Program-made: the position numbers and the translations under genes | In this document: positions 56,717 to 64,000 of the stretch, piece by piece | Numbering within the stretch: position 1 is the first letter of the stretch | Layout: every line of letters starts with the position of its first letter | The notes under the pieces: generated by a model | Told to the model about the DNA's origin: nothing | What the model saw: the letters and a program-made list of their open reading frames with translations, nothing else | The model's database searches: none | NCBI GenBank assembly: GCA_000320545.1 | Contig: ADNK01001596.1 | Coordinates: 65,633 to 129,632, forward strand | Origin: Bigelowiella natans CCMP2755 | Lineage: Eukaryota; Protista; Cercozoa | DNA: 64,000 bases | Direction of reading: 5' to 3'

Positions 56717-59453
56717 ATGTCCAAATCCGTACTCAATATCAACAATGCGGGTCTCACAAATGACCAAGCTGAGAAGATCTGGAGTGGCCTAAGAACCGCC
56801 ATTATTGAAATACAGAATCAAAATGCATCTGAGTTACGTTTTGAGGAACTTTATCGGAACTCGTACACCCTGGTGCTGCATAAACATGGAGACTTGCTGT
56901 ACAATGGTGTTCGAAGGACCGTCGCAGAGAATTTGGTGAAGATCTCGAATGAGGTGTCCAATACCGTGGATGGCCAACTACTGGAGAAGATCGTTGAAGC
57001 CTGGGAGAATCACAAAATTGTGATGACTATGATAAACGACGTGCTGATGTATATGGTCAGATCTCAGCTTGCCCCATTCATTCATTCATTCATCATTTCC
57101 AGATACCATTTATTCACGAGATTCTTGTCTCCCCCACTATCAGGACAAAACGTACTGCCTTTTGAAAAAGAAAGAGCCCGCGTACAACATGGGAGTTCTA
57201 CTTTTTAAGGACCACGTGATCATGGAAGGGCAAGTTGCAAACGTAGTTGCCGTAATTCAATGCTGCTGATGGAAAGAGCACGTATATATTAACTTGATTT
57301 AACTCCTCAGCGGCTTAAATCCCTTCTCCTCGAAAACATCCGTTTGGAGCGGACTGGTCGCACAGTCGATAGGATTCTGCTCAAGAATGTCTTGTGCATG
57401 TTAGTAGAGGTAATGTATCTTCGTCCTCAACCATTGGCCGCTAGTATTAAGTAAGGGTGATACGCGTGTTCAGGTTAACGTCCGCAACACGGACATATAC
57501 AAGGCGGTATTCGAAAGCGATCTGCTAAGCTCCACGGCTGTATTCTATCAGCAGGAATCGCAGAACTTTATGGCGCAAAACACGGTTTCGGGTATTTAAT
57601 CCTCTCTGCCCCCCCCCCCCCCCCCAATTGGTATTATTGGATAAATTTTGGAGTTTAACACGCAATATACTTGATTGCCGATTATCTAAGGGAGATCGAG
57701 AGGAGAATCCGGGAAAAAAAAGACAGGGGACTCGAGTACCTATGACAAAAGTACACATGCCAAGCTGAGGTAGAAAATCACTGAATCTTAACCGGATATT
57801 ATATATATTATTATATATGTAAACATATGGGTTTTTAATCCTTTTTCCCCCCCCCCCCCCCCCCAATTGTTATTATTGTATAGATTTTGGAGTTGAACAC
57901 GCAATATACTTGATTGCAGATTATCTAAGGAAGATCGAGAGGAGAATCAGGCAAGAAGAGGACAGGGCACTCGAGTACCTAGACAAAAGTACACATGCCA
58001 AGCTGAGGTAGAATATCACTGAATCTTAACCGTTTTTTTTATATTTTTTTATACATCAAAACCACCGAACTTTCGGTTTTCTTCTCCCCCCCCCCCCCCC
58101 CCCACCTCCGTTTCAAATAGACACGTCGTCCAAACGGAGTTAATATCAAACTACGCGCAGCAGCTTGTTGAGAACAAGAGCACCGGCTGCGTACACATGT
58201 TTCACAACGATATGGTGGGGGACCTGAGGCGGATGTTCGTTTTGTTCTCTCGAGTGCCTGGAACGCTGACGCATATTAGGAGTTGCATGAGCTCCCTCGT
58301 CAAGAAGACGGGGACTAACATCGTCAAGGCAATATAGATAACATTCACCACAGCATACGCCTACACGTAACGAAGTCAAATATGGTTGTGTGCGGCATTA
58401 TTTCACTGGGGGGGTGGAGTAGGAGAAGGAAGGAAACCGATATCCTGTTGTTGTTGTTGTTGTTGTTGTTGTTTTCCTGTGCGGGTCGTAGGACCCGGAG
58501 AACCTGAAGCACCCGAAGTTTTTCGTACAAAAAGTGCTGAACTGCCGGAAGAAGTTCCACATTTTCGTCAAGAGGTCTTTCATGGAAGACCGCAGCTTCA
58601 CTCGGTAACAAGGATCGCAACGATTGGGAAACTAAAAAACAAATGCGAAGTACAATTTTGGTGATTCATCCTTGATTCTCACTTCTTGAGAGCTCATTCT
58701 CTCTGCGACAAACGCCATACACAGGGATCTTAAAGACTCTCTTGAGTACTTCATCAACCTGGACTCTCGAGCTGCACGTTATCTTTCACTATATCTGGAC
58801 GACATGATGCGTAAGGGCCTCAAAGGAAAGTCCCCAGATGAAAGGGAGAAGATTCTCAATGATGTGAGACAACGAAGAAGATGATGACGATAGTATTTAT
58901 AATAATTGCAAGGAGAAAAAGGAAACCCATCGATGGGATAACGTGTAGTAGTAGCTAGCACCGATCACGAGCAATCACTCTTCCGCATCACCACCACTAC
59001 ATAATACCATAATGCATCATCATCATCATCATAATCCAGGTCATTTCCATATTCCGATATCTCTCCGACAAAGACGTTTTTGAGGACTTTTACAAGAAGC
59101 ATCTAGCATCCCGACTCCTCACAGACAACTCAGGTTGGTTCGGAGAGGATTGCTTGAAGAAAGAATACCAAAAAGACTAAGCAGTTTTTCCTTTCTTGTC
59201 GTCGTCAATTCCTCTGTTCTTGCTCATTCTTCTTCGTAAACATCATCATCATCATCATCATCATCGTCGTCGTCGTTATCATCATCTTCTGCTTCATGCC
59301 TATCATCACAGGCGATCGTGAGGATGAGAAGATGATGATATCAAAGCTCAAAGCAGAGTGTGGCCACCAATTCACATCGAGGCTAGAGGGCATGTTCGCT
59401 GATATTCAGATAAGCTCAGACTTGATGGCTTCTTTCAAGAACCAACGTGCGTG

Positions 59454-59489
<36 letters not shown>

Positions 59490-60704
59490 TTACTTTGCTA
59501 ATACAAACACAGTATAGATGGCCTTCCTTAAAATTACCTAATATGCTCATCGTCCTCTCTCTCTCCCTCCCTCTCTCTCCTTTCCTTCCTCCTCCTCCTG
59601 CTCACCAGGAAAAGATCAGAGCAACGTCGATATCAACGTGACGGTCTTGACGACTGGGTTCTGGCCAGTACATAACATGGAGCATTGCACCTTGCCTCCT
59701 GAGGCCAAGAAGGCCACGGATGAGTTTGCGACTTTTTACAAAACTCGAAACTCGGGGAGAAGGCTAACGTGGCAAACGCAGTCGGTCAGTGCCCCCTCCA
59801 ACTTCGTAGCAAAATTACTCAACCTCGTAACGAAACCACCGAGGAGAGAAACCAATTTAGACCAGCATGTTTCCTCTCGAGAGAGGAGGGGAGGGAGGGA
59901 GGGAGGGAGGGAGGGAGCGAATGATCTCATGCGGGGCGATACGGTGGGGAAGGGCAAAGATCAAAGAATTTTCCTTACATGCCGCTGCGTCCTCCCTTCA
60001 TTCCTTCTTCTTCTTCTACTACTACTACTACAACTACTACTTATTCCCGCTGATGGTCTACAACTTACTCACTGCAGGGCACAGCAGAAGTACTTTGCCA
60101 CTTCAAACACGGCAATAAGCTACTAGCCGTCCAGACGTACCAGATGTGCATACTGATGCTGTACAACCGCGCGGAAACGTACACGTACGCGCAAATCGCA
60201 AAGCTCACTAACATCCCAGATAAGGTAGTAACCGTAGCAGCCATGCATCACGGACCGACCCCCAATTTTGCCCTGCAAGAGCAAGTGCAAGAGCAAAAAT
60301 ATCGATACCAGCATGCGCTATTATTCCGTTATTTTCCCGATTTACGACTGAACTGTAGCGAATATGCTATGACCACCATACCATCATCATCATCATCGTC
60401 ATCATCATCATCATCATCATCATCATCACGATCTGCTGCTGCTTTCCGTCAGGAGCTCCGCCGGCACCTTCTGTCGCTGGCTCATCCTCGGGTAAAAGTG
60501 CTCAAGAAGTTTCCGAACAAGAAGTCCCTCGCCCCCAGTCACACGTTCACCTACAACTACGGCAAGCAGAGCCCTCTATTTAGAATCAAGGTGCCCTTGC
60601 TAAAGGTGGAAAACGACTCCAAGGAAATCAAAGTCCCACCTTCCGTGGAGGAGGAGAGGAAAAACAGGTCGCATCATCATCATCATCATCGTCATCATCT
60701 ATTT

Positions 60705-60737
<33 letters not shown>

Positions 60738-61017
60738 CTGGTAGCATGTATAGATATGTTGTCGTGCCCATACTGAGGTCCTACCCGCCCCCATCTTCAT
60801 CATTTTTTTTTTCTTCTTCTTCTTCTTCTTCCTCTTCCTCTTCCTCTCTTTTTGCAGGATCGAGGTTATGATAGTAAGAGTGATGAAGACTCGAAAGACG
60901 CTAGACCACAACACGTTGATGTCGGAGGTGATGAAACAATCGTTACGATTCTCCGTCAAGCCAAGTAAGTAGCACTAGCAGTACCACCAGCACACAACGA
61001 CGATATAGTAGTAGTAG

Positions 61018-61051
<34 letters not shown>

Positions 61052-61328
61052 CGATGTGTCTACCATGACCACATAGAGCGTTCCGGGCAATCAACCGCTA
61101 ATGCTTGCTCGCTGCTGCTGCTGCTGCTTCACACAACACTATGCTCAGTATTCATCAAAAAGCGAATCGAGAGCCTGATCGAGAGGGAGTATATCGAGCG
61201 CGACAAAAACAAACGGTAATGAAGAAGTTGTTGTGCCGACGAGACTGATCATCATTCTTACTTAGATGCGAATGTTTGTCTTTCCCCCCCCTACATACAC
61301 CAGCGGGCTGTATCACTATTTAGCTTGA
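56717..61328 (+). CDS. CUL3: Cullin-3 (multi-exon)
   Basis: '[23 protein letters not shown]', 'DVLMYM|DK', '[18 protein letters not shown]', '[21 protein letters not shown]', 'VLTTGFWP', 'SGRRLTWQ', neddylation motif 'IVRVMKTRK', '[15 protein letters not shown]...YHYLA*'. Confidence 0.96.
57624..58100 (+). repeat. ~239-bp tandem duplication of a CUL3 intron+exon unit; upstream copy degenerate
   Basis: 'cgcaatatacttgattg' at 57661 and 57900. Copy 1 has a CCG acceptor and indels; copy 2 has an intact CAG and exon 57920-58007. Confidence 0.92.
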
Positions 61329-62311
61329 CGAGAGAAATAGCCCACGTCAGCATCCTATTCCAACCGGAGAGTCGGCCCGCAAGCAGTTATTAATGCAGCT
61401 TATTTGCTGCTGATGATGATACCCATACATCCCCGTCTCCTGCTGCTCTGCTACCCTGCTGCTCTTTCGCTATATGAGCTGTTCTCAGTGTACTTGTTGC
61501 GACAGATTTGGCATGTTGCGTGAGTCGAGTCATATGTCGCTCATGAATGATCGCGAAAAGGTTGTTCGTAGGAAGTAGTAGTTTCTATCATTATTGCTAG
61601 AAAGTATCGTAACTAGCTAAATCACCTCTGCTCAATCTAGCAATGCAGCAACATCTAGCTGCACATGGCACCTCTAAGATTGAGAATAAGCATATATAGC
61701 AGATAAAGGGTGCGATTTATTGCAGTGCTAGCTGGCATTGCATATTTGCATTCCTGCCGGTATTTCGCTACATAGTCTACAATGCATATTCCTAAACATG
61801 AGATGGCGCAATGCACTGCGGCTGTGTCGATGTCCACCCGCAGTTTGCCAGCAGCCAGCGCAGCGCACGCGAGACGTGTGCGAATGTCAAATTGTTTGTC
61901 ATCATTAAACATAACGTGATGAGTGTTGCCGTAACGTGTCGATCGCTAAATCGGCAAGTCGGGAATTATGCGTCAGATCAACAACTTGTTATATAAAATA
62001 AAACGGAAGTATCTATGCGACGTGTTTTGTCCTACGGTGCCTCACAATGACGACCTACACGCTCATGCATTCTTGAGAGTATGCATGCACGCACGCCTCT
62101 AGATCAGCATGTCATAGTAGCATTTCCAGATAGGCTGAACAGTAGCAGTACGTAGGCTTGTTGACTCATGATAATCTGCTATTTAGCACAAATTACATAT
62201 ACATTATATAGCATATGCATCCTCGCAGGTTCGTCATAATGTCATCATTAGCGACGTACATTAGCGACGTACAGTCATCATTCAATACGCCGATGCGGAT
62301 GGAGCGAGCAA

Positions 62312-64000
62312 TCAAACCCCTCTGGTTTCGATATTGAAAGGTTTTAAATCCTCGTTCATAAAAGCGCCAATTATGCTGTTCGGCTCTTCGCTTCCCGTGC
62401 AGATCTGATGGACCTACAGCACACGTGGAGTGTAAACCGGAGGGGGGGGGGGGGGGGGGGGGGCAAGAAATCGACACAGGATGAATGTGACATCAACATC
62501 GAAGATCGATGTTGTGGAGTAGTATCACCCAAATAAATAAATACAGACTCTGGTTCATCAGTCAGGGAACCAATACTTCAAACCGCTGTTCCATGCCAAA
62601 ACATGGCTATCGCTGCAAGTAGCGAGTGGCTGGCGTCTCTCTCCCTCTCTCTCATACACACCTGGCTAAAGAAAGGAAAGTCTTGAAGCTTGCCGTTTGA
62701 GCTCAGAAACTCAAAGACTTCGGCTGCCGTGAGAACGCCCTTCGTGGTAGAAAGATAGGACAGAGGGAGGTACAAAACAATCGCCGCACAAGACTTGCGT
62801 GAGAGAGAAAGGGAAGTATGGCAACTTTGCCAACCTACTCGATGATGCCGCTACTGTCGGAATCTTCTTTCCTTTCTTCTTCTTCTTCATCATCATCATC
62901 ATCATCAACCTCTCCTTCTGGTTCTCCCTCACGATAACTATCACCACCATGATATCCCTGATTTATCATCACCTGCAGCTTCTGGCCACCCAACATCTCC
63001 GCCTCCAACTCGTTCCAAGACCTTGTCTTCTCCTGCACAAACCTCTCTGCAACCCTCCGATTGCGCCCCCCATAGCACGTGGTCAGCACGTCTGCAATGC
63101 CTGATTTCACACCATTATTTCCAATGACTCAGGAGGCGCTCGTAACGACTAGGATGAATCAGAGGGTGGGGTGGGGTTAGAGAAGGGTGAAACTCCGTCC
63201 TTTCCTCTTCATTCCCTCCTCTCTTCATATAGTATTCCAGTGAGTTGTGGGTGTGTTTGTAAATACTGATCCTACTACGACTGCTACTACTACTACTATC
63301 CCTCTCTTAGCTACTTACCGCATGAGTCCCACATCGTACTTCGGAGCACCTCAGGATAGAATACCTAAGTGATTGTCATTATCATTATCATCACCACCAC
63401 CATCATCATCATCATCATCATCATCGTTACATATGACCCCCAGCAACCTAGAAGCAAATCTCAGACTACTACTACTACTACCACTACTGCTACTACTGCT
63501 ACTACTGCTACCACGGCTACTACAACTAGCAGTAGCACCTTGGTGAATCTTCTCATCTCCTCAACCCCCATTCTAATGATCGCAGCTTTGGTGTTGGAGT
63601 CGAGTCCCAAGCCATCCACAAATCCGGCGGCCTGTGACATTATTGGTTTTGATTGTGCAGAAGATGTATGATGGGTGGCGTGGATGGATGTGTGGAGGCC
63701 AAACAAAGCGCAGATCAAACTTAAAGTTTTGGAGGAGCGGCAGGTTGGGAAATGGGTTAAGAATTTGGCGATTTAGCGAAATCATACTCCTCCTCCTCCT
63801 CCTTCTCCTCATCATCATCATCATTCTCATCATCATTATCAATTTCATATTAGTTTGACCAGAGCGACGATGTTCTTCAATGAACCGTAGATTTGTACGC
63901 CTAATCGTGAGTAGTAGTAGGTAGTAGTAGTAGTTGGACAGGAGGAGGAGGATAAGGAGGATAAGGAGGAGGAGGAGGAAAGGAGGAGGAAGGAAAGTAA
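62312..64000 (-). CDS. GPD1: NAD-dependent glycerol-3-phosphate dehydrogenase (3' part; 5' end outside window)
   Basis: 'LKNIVAL|[24 protein letters not shown]', 'SC|[18 protein letters not shown]', '[13 protein letters not shown]|GVLTAAEV', 'FPFF'. Confidence 0.95.

Overview
Eukaryotic nuclear DNA: compact, intron-rich (almost all GT-AG) and microsatellite-rich, most consistent with a protist. A bipartite signal+transit-like leader on one gene hints at a secondary-plastid alga such as a chlorarachniophyte (inference only). I can reconstruct about 19 protein-coding genes by hand: cyclin T/K-like (-), low-complexity protein (+), TatD (-), Cys-rich hypothetical (+), eIF4E-fold/PPR fusion (-), RPB4 (+), cAMP-receptor/GCR1-like GPCR (-), TruA (+), MAN1/Src1-like (-), aquaporin (+), PEX3-like (-), MUS81/ERCC4-like (+), SAM-pLGIC (-), small acidic protein (+), sirtuin-YEATS (-), TTD14-like NTPase (+), MenA (-), cullin-3 (+) and GPD1 (-, partial). 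The most striking features are: (1) strand alternates perfectly across all genes, giving short divergent spacers and ~0.7-1.2 kb convergent spacers with their own palindrome-rich composition and a recurrent ~47-bp element; (2) an apparently organelle-targeted eIF4E-PPR fusion that keeps the cap-binding motifs but lacks the eIF4G-binding motif; (3) further unusual fusions (sirtuin+YEATS, SAM+Cys-less pLGIC, rearranged MUS81-like nuclease). Gene models are manual splice reconstructions without transcript support, and family calls come from recognised motifs, not database searches.
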